Shown: positions 14,734 through 24,000 of the stretch, piece after piece
Position numbering within the stretch: the first letter of the stretch is position 1
Layout of the letters: every line of letters starts with the position of its first letter
NCBI GenBank assembly: GCA_021734905.1
Contig: JAIPIB010000006.1
Span: forward strand, 8,851-32,850
Length of the DNA: 24,000 nt
Direction of reading: 5' to 3'
Source of the DNA: Minisyncoccota bacterium
Lineage (GTDB): Bacteria; Patescibacteriota; Minisyncoccia; Phycocordibacterales; UBA918
Position numbers and translations under genes: made by a program
Notes under the pieces: generated by a model
What the model saw: the letters and a program-made list of their open reading frames with translations, nothing else
Told to the model about the DNA's origin: nothing
Databases searched by the model: none

Positions 14734-15561
14734 ATGGAAATATTTTTGTATGGAGTAATTTTTATCTTTGGAACGATCATTGGTAGTTTTTTGAATGTCG
14801 TTATATATCGACTCCATACGGGGAAATCACTTAATGGACGTTCGCACTGCATGACATGTGGTAAAACACTTACATGGTACGAACTTTTTCCACTTGTCTC
14901 ATACATCTTCCAAGGTGGAAAGTGCCGTGGTTGTTTTGCACACATACCATCAAGGTATCTTTTTGTGGAGCTATTAACAGGCCTTTCGTACCTGACCGTG
15001 TGGAACATTTTTGCGCATGATATCTTTTTGTTGGTTGTATATTTTATTCTCGTCTCTGTCTTTATCCTTATTGTTCTCTATGACATTCGACATACGATTA
15101 TTCCTGATGAACTGACGAGCGTTGTGATTATTGTTGCCATGGTACTGGTTGGATATGAACTTATGCAGGGGAATGAGGGTATTCTCAGTACTTTTGCCTA
15201 TCGTATTGGTGCGGGCTTCATCGCTTCATTCTTTTTCTGGGGTTTGTGGTACATCTCTAAAGGGAGATGGATTGGTTTTGGTGACGCCAAGCTTGCGCTA
15301 CCGCTCGGTGTCATTGTCGGTATCGGTGGAATTTTTTCTATGATTGTTCTTTCGTTTTGGATTGGTGCTGCTGTCAGTCTTTTTCTTCTCGGAATTGAAC
15401 GACTGCTTAAAGGGGGAAAAACTAACTTACATTTTCTTTCAACACCACTTACAATTAAGAGTGAGGTACCATTTGCGCCATTTCTCATAACCGGTTTTTT
15501 GTTAGTACAATTTTTCCATGCTGACATCTTTAATATTACGTATGCGCTTTTTTTCTCGTAG
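14734..15561 (+). CDS. pilD: prepilin peptidase / N-methyltransferase PilD (peptidase A24)
   Basis: N-terminal CMTCGKTLTWYELFPLVSYIFQGGKCRGC zinc-type motif. Catalytic Asp contexts LYDIRHTIIPDE and GFGDAKL. Polytopic membrane protein. ATG 14734 is preferred over TTG 14725. Confidence 0.9.
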   Translation: MEIFLYGVIFIFGTIIGSFLNVVIYRLHTGKSLNGRSHCMTCGKTLTWYELFPLVSYIFQGGKCRGCFAHIPSRYLFVELLTGLSYLTVWNIFAHDIFLLVVYFILVSVFILIVLYDIRHTIIPDELTSVVIIVAMVLVGYELMQGNEGILSTFAYRIGAGFIASFFFWGLWYISKGRWIGFGDAKLALPLGVIVGIGGIFSMIVLSFWIGAAVSLFLLGIERLLKGGKTNLHFLSTPLTIKSEVPFAPFLITGFLLVQFFHADIFNITYALFFS

Positions 15562-16153
15562 TTTTAGTGCCCCTTTCTCAAAAGGATTTACCCTTGTTGA
15601 ACTTCTTGTATCAATCGCGATTATCGGAATTGTGACGAGCATTGTCCTTTTAAAATACAACACCTTTGATAGTACGGTACTCCTTAAGGGTGTAGCATAT
15701 GAAATCGCACTCACACTCCGAGATGCTCAAGTGAAGTCAATAAGTGCAATAGGAACCAGTGGTGAATTCAGTTACCCATACGGCGTGACATTTAATACAG
15801 GGTCTGACTCAAAAAGGTATACAGTGTTTCGGTATGAGTCTACCACTTACGGTGATGATCCATACTACTCAAGTCCAGCTGTAGATGTCCTTACAACAAT
15901 CATAGACCGCTCGATGCATGTGAGTGAGATTTGTATATATGGAACACCTTTGGGGGATCCTTGCAGTGTGGACAGGCTTGACGTATCGTTTCGTCGTCCG
16001 GAATTTAATTCGATATTTTATGCTGATGCAACAGGAGGACCATTTACTGATATCGTGAGGGCAGAGATAAAAGTAAATTCAGTAGGGAACCCACTGAATG
16101 TTTTTGTCGTTGAAGTCTCTCAGTTTGGTCAAATTTCAATATATAAACAATGA
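15542..16153 (+). CDS. minor pilin (prepilin-type N-terminal cleavage/methylation domain protein)
   Basis: MRFFSRSFSAPFSKG|FTLVELLVSIAIIGIV motif. The start overlaps the pilD 3' end by 20 nt, suggesting translational coupling. The longer ORF from 15518 is unlikely. Confidence 0.8.
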   Translation: MRFFSRSFSAPFSKGFTLVELLVSIAIIGIVTSIVLLKYNTFDSTVLLKGVAYEIALTLRDAQVKSISAIGTSGEFSYPYGVTFNTGSDSKRYTVFRYESTTYGDDPYYSSPAVDVLTTIIDRSMHVSEICIYGTPLGDPCSVDRLDVSFRRPEFNSIFYADATGGPFTDIVRAEIKVNSVGNPLNVFVVEVSQFGQISIYKQ

Positions 16154-16794
16154 AATGTTGTATGATTTTATTTAGCAATAAAAATGCCCGCAGTAGAAAA
16201 AAAATTGTTCAGGGATTTTCTCTTATTGAGCTTATGGTTTCTTTGTCAGTATTTTCTATGGTGATGCTCATTAGTACAGGAACATTACTTATAATGATTG
16301 ATATAAATGCGAAGGCGCAAGCGTTATATTCGTCAACGACAAACATATCATATGCACTCGATAACCTGACTCGTGAAATACGCACCGGTTATAATTACAA
16401 CTGTTTTCATTCTAACGACTTAGATGTGCAGACTCTTCCAGTAAAAGGATCTACAGCTGACTGTCCATCTTCTGATAATGCTATTGCTTTTACGAGAGAA
16501 AGCGATGGAGCACGTGTTGGATTTAGAAAAAATGACATCTCTGGTTCACTTGAGAAAAGAATTGACAAGATTGGTAATAGTGGGTCCTGGATACCAATAA
16601 CTTCAGATAAAGCAGTTACTGTTGATGTGTTCGATATAACAGTGGATAATTCTGTACCATATTATCCAGCAACCTCAAATACAAACCAGCCAGTTGTCGA
16701 CATCGTTGTAAAGGGCTCGATGAATAATGGGCTTGATCAGAACACAACATTTAATATTCAGTCACACATTGTACAGCGAAGGCTCGATTTGTAA
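16150..16794 (+). CDS. minor pilin (prepilin-type N-terminal domain protein)
   Basis: ...RSRKKIVQG|FSLIELMVSLSVFSMV motif. ATGA start/stop overlap with the previous gene. Confidence 0.8.
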   Translation: MKCCMILFSNKNARSRKKIVQGFSLIELMVSLSVFSMVMLISTGTLLIMIDINAKAQALYSSTTNISYALDNLTREIRTGYNYNCFHSNDLDVQTLPVKGSTADCPSSDNAIAFTRESDGARVGFRKNDISGSLEKRIDKIGNSGSWIPITSDKAVTVDVFDITVDNSVPYYPATSNTNQPVVDIVVKGSMNNGLDQNTTFNIQSHIVQRRLDL

Positions 16795-16804
16795 CATTAT
16801 TTTT

Positions 16805-17371
16805 ATGCGATGGAATGACATTCAAAAAAAAGAAGAAGGATTTACTCTTATCGAGACACTCGTTGCTATTTCGATACTGCTTATTGTGATCATTGGCCCA
16901 ATTACGGTTGCTCAGAAGGGTGTTCAAAATGCTTATTATGCAAATGAACAAGTGACAGCTGTATTTCTTGCTCAAGAAGCAATTGAGGGCGTTAGGATCC
17001 TTCGTGATTCTGCAGCACTTGATGTGCTTGATATTCCGACAAATAAAACATGGACATGGTATACAGATGGTAGTTTTTCTAATGAGTGCAAGACGGTATC
17101 TGGGTGTGCATACATGAGTGGTCTTCTCACTGATTGTTCTTCAGCTAATTCATGTCAATTAAAAATTGATGGTAATGGTAAGTATTCTCACGCTCTTGGC
17201 GCAAACTCATCATTTACGCGAAAAGTATATATAAGAGAACCTCTTCCTGGCACTGTCGAAGTGAAGGTAGATGTTGAGTGGACCTCAAGAATATTCGGAA
17301 GTGGGAATAATAATCGAAAAGTAACACTCCAGACATGGATATATGATCGTTATCAACGTTATGAAGAATAA
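16805..17371 (+). CDS. minor pilin (prepilin-type N-terminal domain protein)
   Basis: MRWNDIQKKEEG|FTLIETLVAISILLIV motif. ATG 16805 lies just after the previous stop; the 16727 ORF extension overlaps the upstream gene. Confidence 0.8.
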   Translation: MRWNDIQKKEEGFTLIETLVAISILLIVIIGPITVAQKGVQNAYYANEQVTAVFLAQEAIEGVRILRDSAALDVLDIPTNKTWTWYTDGSFSNECKTVSGCAYMSGLLTDCSSANSCQLKIDGNGKYSHALGANSSFTRKVYIREPLPGTVEVKVDVEWTSRIFGSGNNNRKVTLQTWIYDRYQRYEE

Positions 17372-17375
17372 TATT

Positions 17376-17963
17376 ATGCGCACACATACTAATCAGGACG
17401 GCATCACCCTTCTTATTACACTTCTCCTCATGGGCGTCTTACTTGGTGTAAGTGCGTCACTTTTGAGCGTTACACTCAAACAGTACCAACTTTCTGGTAT
17501 TGCAGTCGCTTCCGAGATTGCATTTCAGGCCGCAAATGCTGGACTTGAGTGTGCTGCGTACTATGATAATCAAAAGAATGTTGTGAGCCCATTTGAGGTT
17601 AACCAAGATGGAATAACGCCGCAAGGCGCCCCGGCGCAAATTTCGTGCATGGATGTAGGGACATTTATAAATGATGCACCTTCTCCAGGGAGCATGATTA
17701 TTGCTGGCGAACAACAACATTTTCAGTTTACATGGGGAGACCCAGGTGTCTGTACTGATATTAGTGTTTGGAAATTTATCGGTGGACAGGAGGTCACTGT
17801 AGATGGGCAGAAAATGAGAGACAGTAGCGGTGTTGATAACGAGTGTCCTAGTTACGAAGGTGTTACTTGTACAGTAATTCAATCACGCGGCTATGACGTC
17901 CCCTGCGCCCAAATCGGGACGAGTGCACGCGTTGTTGAAAGAGAGTATACACAGGTGTATTAG
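17376..17963 (+). CDS. PilX-like pilus-associated protein (hydrophobic N-terminal helix without a canonical G-F-T-L-x-E motif)
   Basis: MRTHTNQDGITLLITLLLMGVLLGVSASLL resembles the PilX_N type N-terminus. Last gene of the minor-pilin run. Alternative starts at 17361 and 17343. Confidence 0.6.
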   Translation: MRTHTNQDGITLLITLLLMGVLLGVSASLLSVTLKQYQLSGIAVASEIAFQAANAGLECAAYYDNQKNVVSPFEVNQDGITPQGAPAQISCMDVGTFINDAPSPGSMIIAGEQQHFQFTWGDPGVCTDISVWKFIGGQEVTVDGQKMRDSSGVDNECPSYEGVTCTVIQSRGYDVPCAQIGTSARVVEREYTQVY

Positions 17964-18026
17964 ACAGCTATGTTTTAATGTCTGTATTTTGGATACTTTG
18001 TAACAAAATGAGTAGAAGATAACTGA

Positions 18027-20111
<2,085 letters not shown>

Positions 20112-20152
20112 AGGTGGCAACTTTAACTACTGGATGATAGTATACGCATATT

Positions 20153-20446
20153 ATGAAACGGGAAGATATTGAACATCTCGCGAAACTTTCGCGTATAGCA
20201 GTGACCGACGCTGAGGCAGATGATCTTGCGAAAGACATCACCAGTATTTTGGGCTATGTGGGCGAAATCGAAGAAATCACGAGCTCAAGCGAAATAGAAA
20301 AAAAGGTTGGTCCACTCTTTAATGTTATGCGAGAAGATGAAAATCCTCATGAATCAGGGCTTTTTACTGAGGATTTACTCAATCTTGTACCAGAGCGCGA
20401 TGGACCGTACGTGAAAGTTAAAAAAATCATTGGTGATAAAGCGTAA
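20153..20446 (+). CDS. gatC: Asp/Glu-tRNA amidotransferase subunit C
   Basis: 97 aa. IEHLAKLSRIAVTDAEADDLAKDITSILGYVGEI is the GatC signature. Directly precedes gatA. Confidence 0.9.
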   Translation: MKREDIEHLAKLSRIAVTDAEADDLAKDITSILGYVGEIEEITSSSEIEKKVGPLFNVMREDENPHESGLFTEDLLNLVPERDGPYVKVKKIIGDKA

Positions 20447-20450
20447 GTTT

Positions 20451-21878
20451 ATGACAATTACAGAACTGAGAAAAAAATTTATTGAAGGTTCATATACACC
20501 GCTTGATGCGTACACTGACACACGTGCAACGATTGATGCAAAGGATCAGGATATACACGCATTCCTTGACGTATATGATGATGGGAGAGAAAGTGCTGAG
20601 AAGGCTACGAATATTTATAAAGAGAAAGGTGAAGAGACTCCTCTTCTTCTTGGTATGCCACTTGCAATCAAGAATAATATTCTCATTAAAGGGAAGAAGG
20701 CGACGGCTGCATCAAAGATTCTCGAAAATTATATTGCCCCGTACGATGCCACGGTAATTACAAGACTCAAAGAACAGGGCGCGGTCTTTGTAGGAAGTAC
20801 GAACCTCGATGAGTTTGCAATGGGTTCCTCAACGGAGAATTCTGCATTTGGACTTACAAAAAATCCCGTTGATCCGACACGTGTTCCTGGTGGGTCATCG
20901 GGGGGTTCGGCAGCAGCAGTCGCTATGGGTGCTGCTGTCGCTTCTCTTGGTACAGACACCGGTGGCTCGGTACGTCTTCCTGCGAGTTTCTGCGGTGTTG
21001 TTGGTTTTAAGCCAACGTATGGAAGAGTTTCTCGGTCGGGACTTATTGCGATGGGCTCATCACTTGATCAGGCGGGGACACTCACAAATTCTGTCCGTGA
21101 CGCTGAAATACTTTTTAATTCGATTAATGGGAAGGATCCTCTCGATGCAACGACAATTAATGTAGATACATACTCACAGGTCAGGGCGAAGGACACCTAT
21201 CGGATTGGTATCCCACGAGATTTTCTTAGTAATGAGGGGATGGATCCAGATGTACTTCAGGTTTTTAATGACACCATAGAGAACCTCAGTAAAGTGGGGC
21301 ATGAGATTGTTGATATATCTCTCCCACTCATGAGAAAAGGTCTCGCTGCATACTACATCGTGATGCCTGCAGAGGTTTCGTCAAATCTTGCACGATACGA
21401 TGGTGTACGTTTTGGACTTCATGTAGATGGAGATTCATTACTTGAAGACTATATGAAGACGAGAGCGGAAGGTTTTGGTGATGAAGTTAAGCGACGGATA
21501 CTTCTCGGAACCTACGTGCTTTCAGCTGGGTATTACGACGCGTATTATGGAAAAGCCGAACACCTACGCACGATGATGCGAGAAGAACTTTTGCAGGTAT
21601 ATAAAAATGTTGATTTGATCATGACGCCGACTGCGCCAACTCCAGCATTTAAGATTGGTGAAAAAAGTGATCCACTCTCAATGTATCTTGCAGACATATT
21701 TACGGTTCCAGTCAATCTCACAGGAGTGCCTGCTATCTCAATCCCTGCAGGAACTGTTGATCGGGACGGAATTTCTCTCCCAGTTGGGGTACAATATATA
21801 GCACCACATGCTGGTGACGAACGTCTCTTCGATTTTGGAAAGAAGATCTATGATGAGGGGGTGATGCAGTCTGAATAG
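20451..21878 (+). CDS. gatA: Asp/Glu-tRNA amidotransferase subunit A (amidase signature family)
   Basis: Amidase signature GGSSGGSAAAVA...GTDTGGSVRLPASFCGVVGFKPTYGRVSR. ATG 20451 lies just after the gatC stop. Confidence 0.95.
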   Translation: MTITELRKKFIEGSYTPLDAYTDTRATIDAKDQDIHAFLDVYDDGRESAEKATNIYKEKGEETPLLLGMPLAIKNNILIKGKKATAASKILENYIAPYDATVITRLKEQGAVFVGSTNLDEFAMGSSTENSAFGLTKNPVDPTRVPGGSSGGSAAAVAMGAAVASLGTDTGGSVRLPASFCGVVGFKPTYGRVSRSGLIAMGSSLDQAGTLTNSVRDAEILFNSINGKDPLDATTINVDTYSQVRAKDTYRIGIPRDFLSNEGMDPDVLQVFNDTIENLSKVGHEIVDISLPLMRKGLAAYYIVMPAEVSSNLARYDGVRFGLHVDGDSLLEDYMKTRAEGFGDEVKRRILLGTYVLSAGYYDAYYGKAEHLRTMMREELLQVYKNVDLIMTPTAPTPAFKIGEKSDPLSMYLADIFTVPVNLTGVPAISIPAGTVDRDGISLPVGVQYIAPHAGDERLFDFGKKIYDEGVMQSE

Positions 21879-21891
21879 CTGTGTAAAAACT

Positions 21892-22500
21892 ATGCCATAC
21901 GTACCTGATGAAAATGATCTTGCGGTCAAGACATATGGAGTTGATCTTGAACGGTTAGCTCGATTTCTCTATGAAAAATTTACTGACAATGATTGGGACG
22001 CTTTCGTGTCTGCAGCAAGCTTTTGGTGGAATATTTATTCAGTCATTGCGATTATTCTGTCGCTGGTATTTATTATCGGATTTGTTTATGCAAAAATTCG
22101 ATACGGACAACTATCAGATCTTGAACAAGAAGCTCTTCGAGAAGCAGAGGCTCAGTGGGCTGCAACGAACGAAAGTGGTGATACAAAAAACACTCGCTGG
22201 GATTCGATCTTGGCGCATGTTGCGGATAATCGTCCTGAGTCATGGAGGATTGCAATTATTGAAGCTGATATCCTTCTCGATGAGACACTTTCGAAGGCGG
22301 GGTATGTTGGACAGAGCATTGGCGATAAGTTAAAAACTGCAAATACACAATCATTTACGACAATTCAGGATGCGTGGGAGGCACATAAAGTACGTAATGA
22401 TATTGCACACGTTGGGAGTGACTTTGTTCTAACAAAGAAATCTGCCCAAGAAACAATCGTTCGGTTTGAAAGAGTCTTCCGAGAATTTGGGGTTATTTGA
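21892..22500 (+). CDS. hypothetical membrane-anchored protein
   Basis: 202-aa ORF with one internal TM helix (WWNIYSVIAIILSLVFIIGFVY) and a helical C-terminal domain. No family recognised. Confidence 0.6.
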   Translation: MPYVPDENDLAVKTYGVDLERLARFLYEKFTDNDWDAFVSAASFWWNIYSVIAIILSLVFIIGFVYAKIRYGQLSDLEQEALREAEAQWAATNESGDTKNTRWDSILAHVADNRPESWRIAIIEADILLDETLSKAGYVGQSIGDKLKTANTQSFTTIQDAWEAHKVRNDIAHVGSDFVLTKKSAQETIVRFERVFREFGVI

Positions 22501-22741
22501 TTTGCAGTGCGCTAATTGATCTGAGTATTCGTCTTCGTAAAACCGTTCCTTTTTTGTGCCCCTCACTCGAATAGAGTCCCAATCCAAACATGTGACCATC
22601 TCGTTTTGAGAGTGTACTAATTTCGGATTTTCCAATCGAACCAATGTAAAATAGACAAGTAGAGCCATGTTTGCTACACTTGAAAAATTCTGTAAATATT
22701 ATTTTATTTGTAGAGTATGTGTAATTATTTGATTACAGAGA

Positions 22742-22812
22742 CGCGGGGTAGAGGAGAGGTACCTCGGGAGGCTCATAACCTCCAGACCCCGGTTCAATTC
22801 CGGGCCCCGCAA
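22742..22812 (+). tRNA. initiator tRNA-fMet (anticodon CAU), CCA not encoded
   Basis: CGCGGGG TA GAGG AGAGGTA CCTC G GGAGG CTCATAA CCTCC AGAC CCCGG TTCAATT CCGGG CCCCGCA A. The C1-A72 mismatch and CGCGGGG/CCCCGCA acceptor are as in the bacterial initiator tRNA. Confidence 0.85.
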
Positions 22813-22816
22813 CAAG
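22794..22816 (+). repeat. 23-bp direct repeat, copy 1 (3' end of tRNA-fMet plus 4 nt)
   Basis: tcaattccgggccccgcaacaag is identical to 22996-23018. Confidence 0.9.
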
Positions 22817-22818
22817 AA

Positions 22819-22855
22819 TAAAACAACACTCCGTTTTGGGGTGTTGTTTTATTTT
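22819..22855 (+). terminator. rho-independent terminator after tRNA-fMet
   Basis: aaaacaacac-tccgttttgg-ggtgttgtttt followed by attttc, 7 nt after the tRNA end. Confidence 0.7.
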
Positions 22856-22995
22856 CTGTGAGGAGGAAAGAAAGCAAACTGCTTTGCTTTCGTCGGGATT
22901 GAACGAGCGGAGCAATATTTTAGCTATTCCTAATGCTAAAATGAGTGAGCTGAGCTAACAAATTCTTAAGAACAAAGTGAGTTAGAAATTTGACG

Positions 22996-23018
22996 TCAAT
23001 TCCGGGCCCCGCAACAAG
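22996..23018 (+). repeat. 23-bp direct repeat, copy 2 (orphan tRNA-fMet 3' end)
   Basis: Identical 23-mer 202 bp downstream of copy 1. No tRNA body precedes it. Confidence 0.9.
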
Positions 23019-23023
23019 TATAG

Positions 23024-23052
23024 AAAAGGATCAGCCTCGTGCTGGTCTTTTT
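23024..23052 (+). terminator. probable rho-independent terminator after the orphan tRNA 3' fragment
   Basis: aaaaggatcagc-ctcgt-gctggtcttttt forms a hairpin (with G-U pairs) followed by a T-run. Confidence 0.5.
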
Positions 23053-23154
23053 CTTTGTTTGTGTTCAGGAATTGAGTAGGGTGGTTTTGAAGGTCAATTA
23101 AGCACCTTCTGGTGATGTTATGTCTATGCAAAATGTGGTATAAATTTATACATT

Positions 23155-23841
23155 ATGCAATGTGTTATCTTAGCCGCAGGAAATGGTAAGCGTCTTCGTC
23201 CGCTTACTGAGGATAAACCGAAACAATTAGTTACCGTTCATGGGAAGCCACTTATAGATTACATCGTGGAAGCACTCCCAAGCGCTATTGATGAGCTTAT
23301 TATTGTTGTTGGATATCGTGGAGATATGATTCGTGAGTACTGCGGAGAAATTTTCCATGGAAAGAGAGTTACCTACATTGATCAATTCGTTGCAGAAGGC
23401 ACCGCTCGTGCTCTTTGGCTTTGTAAAGATTTACTAAAAGGAAGATTTCTCTTTATGTTTGGCGATGACATCCACGGGCGAGAGGACCTAGCAAGAGCCG
23501 TTTCATTTGTCCGGTCAATTCTGGTTTCATCAGTAACTAGTCCAGAAAAATTTGGTATCGTGGTACGAAATCCTGACGGCACCTTAGGACTCATGATTGA
23601 GAAACCGGAACATGCTCCTTCAAACTGTGCGAGCACAGGTGCAATGGTTCTTGATGATCATATTTTTGAATTCGAACCCCAAACCCCAGTGGGGGATGAA
23701 TACTACCTTACGGAAGTCATTGAACGATACGCACAGAAGTACCCTATTGCAGTCGTCGAACAAAATTTATGGATCCCGATAGGTTACCCTGAGGATATAA
23801 CTAAAGCAGAGACATTGCTCTCAGTGTATAAAAGGATTTAG
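23155..23841 (+). CDS. sugar-phosphate nucleotidyltransferase (NTP_transferase family)
   Basis: N-terminal MQCVILAAGNGKRLRPLTEDKPKQLV (G-x-G-x-R-L signature), 228 aa. Confidence 0.85.
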   Translation: MQCVILAAGNGKRLRPLTEDKPKQLVTVHGKPLIDYIVEALPSAIDELIIVVGYRGDMIREYCGEIFHGKRVTYIDQFVAEGTARALWLCKDLLKGRFLFMFGDDIHGREDLARAVSFVRSILVSSVTSPEKFGIVVRNPDGTLGLMIEKPEHAPSNCASTGAMVLDDHIFEFEPQTPVGDEYYLTEVIERYAQKYPIAVVEQNLWIPIGYPEDITKAETLLSVYKRI

Positions 23842-23855
23842 GAATACTGTCGCAT

Positions 23856-24000
23856 ATGCAATGTGTTATTTTGTGTGCAGGTAAAGGTGTTCGAATGCGA
23901 CCACTTACTAATACCTGTCCGAAACCACTCCTTAAGGTACTCGGAAAACCAATTTTGGAATATATCGTTACTGCGTTACCTCGAGAGGTTGACGAGATTG
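23856..24000 (+). CDS. second sugar-phosphate nucleotidyltransferase paralog (3' truncated by window end)
   Basis: MQCVILCAGKGVRMRPLTNTCPKPLLKVLGKPILEYIV... has the same signature as the upstream gene. The frame is open to the end of the window. Confidence 0.7.
   Translation, partial: MQCVILCAGKGVRMRPLTNTCPKPLLKVLGKPILEYIVTALPREVDEI

Noticed and set aside
22429-22668. 79-aa minus-strand ORF in the gap upstream of tRNA-fMet
   Set aside because: It overlaps the 3' end of the convergent 21892-22500 gene by ~70 nt. No Shine-Dalgarno-like sequence precedes either candidate ATG. It has no recognisable features and is probably spurious.

Overview
The window looks like a chromosomal segment from a small-genome, moderately AT-rich bacterium. 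Gene content and style resemble Patescibacteria/CPR, but that is inference only. There are four blocks. (1) 1-3961 is an accessory island. It holds a minus-strand operon (XRE HTH regulator, two unrecognisable multi-pass membrane proteins, one truncated small membrane protein), a visibly GC-rich hairpin-dense spacer, and a large serine recombinase. The recombinase gene is bracketed by 120-bp inverted repeats that are 119/120 identical. The right repeat is fused to the 3' end of a minus-strand tRNA-Ser(GCU). (2) 4187-17963 is a secretin-less type IV pilus/competence locus: comF, pilM, PilN/O-like genes, pilB, a CheY-like receiver, pilT, pilC, three tandem pilin paralogs, pilD and four minor-pilin genes. 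Between the pilins and pilD the locus is interrupted by an exact tandem 2 x 132 bp duplication and a REP-flanked RAYT (IS200-like Y1 transposase) gene. The duplication creates an orphan pilin 3' cassette. (3) 18075-22500 is housekeeping: ligA, gatC, gatA and a conserved membrane protein. (4) 22742-24000 holds an initiator tRNA-fMet whose 3' 23 nt recur 202 bp downstream (an att-like scar), followed by two tandem sugar-nucleotidyltransferase paralogs. The candidates most worth follow-up are the IR-bracketed recombinase with its structured upstream region, and the pilin 3' cassette/REP/RAYT arrangement. No CRISPR array, rRNA or obvious defence-system genes were seen.
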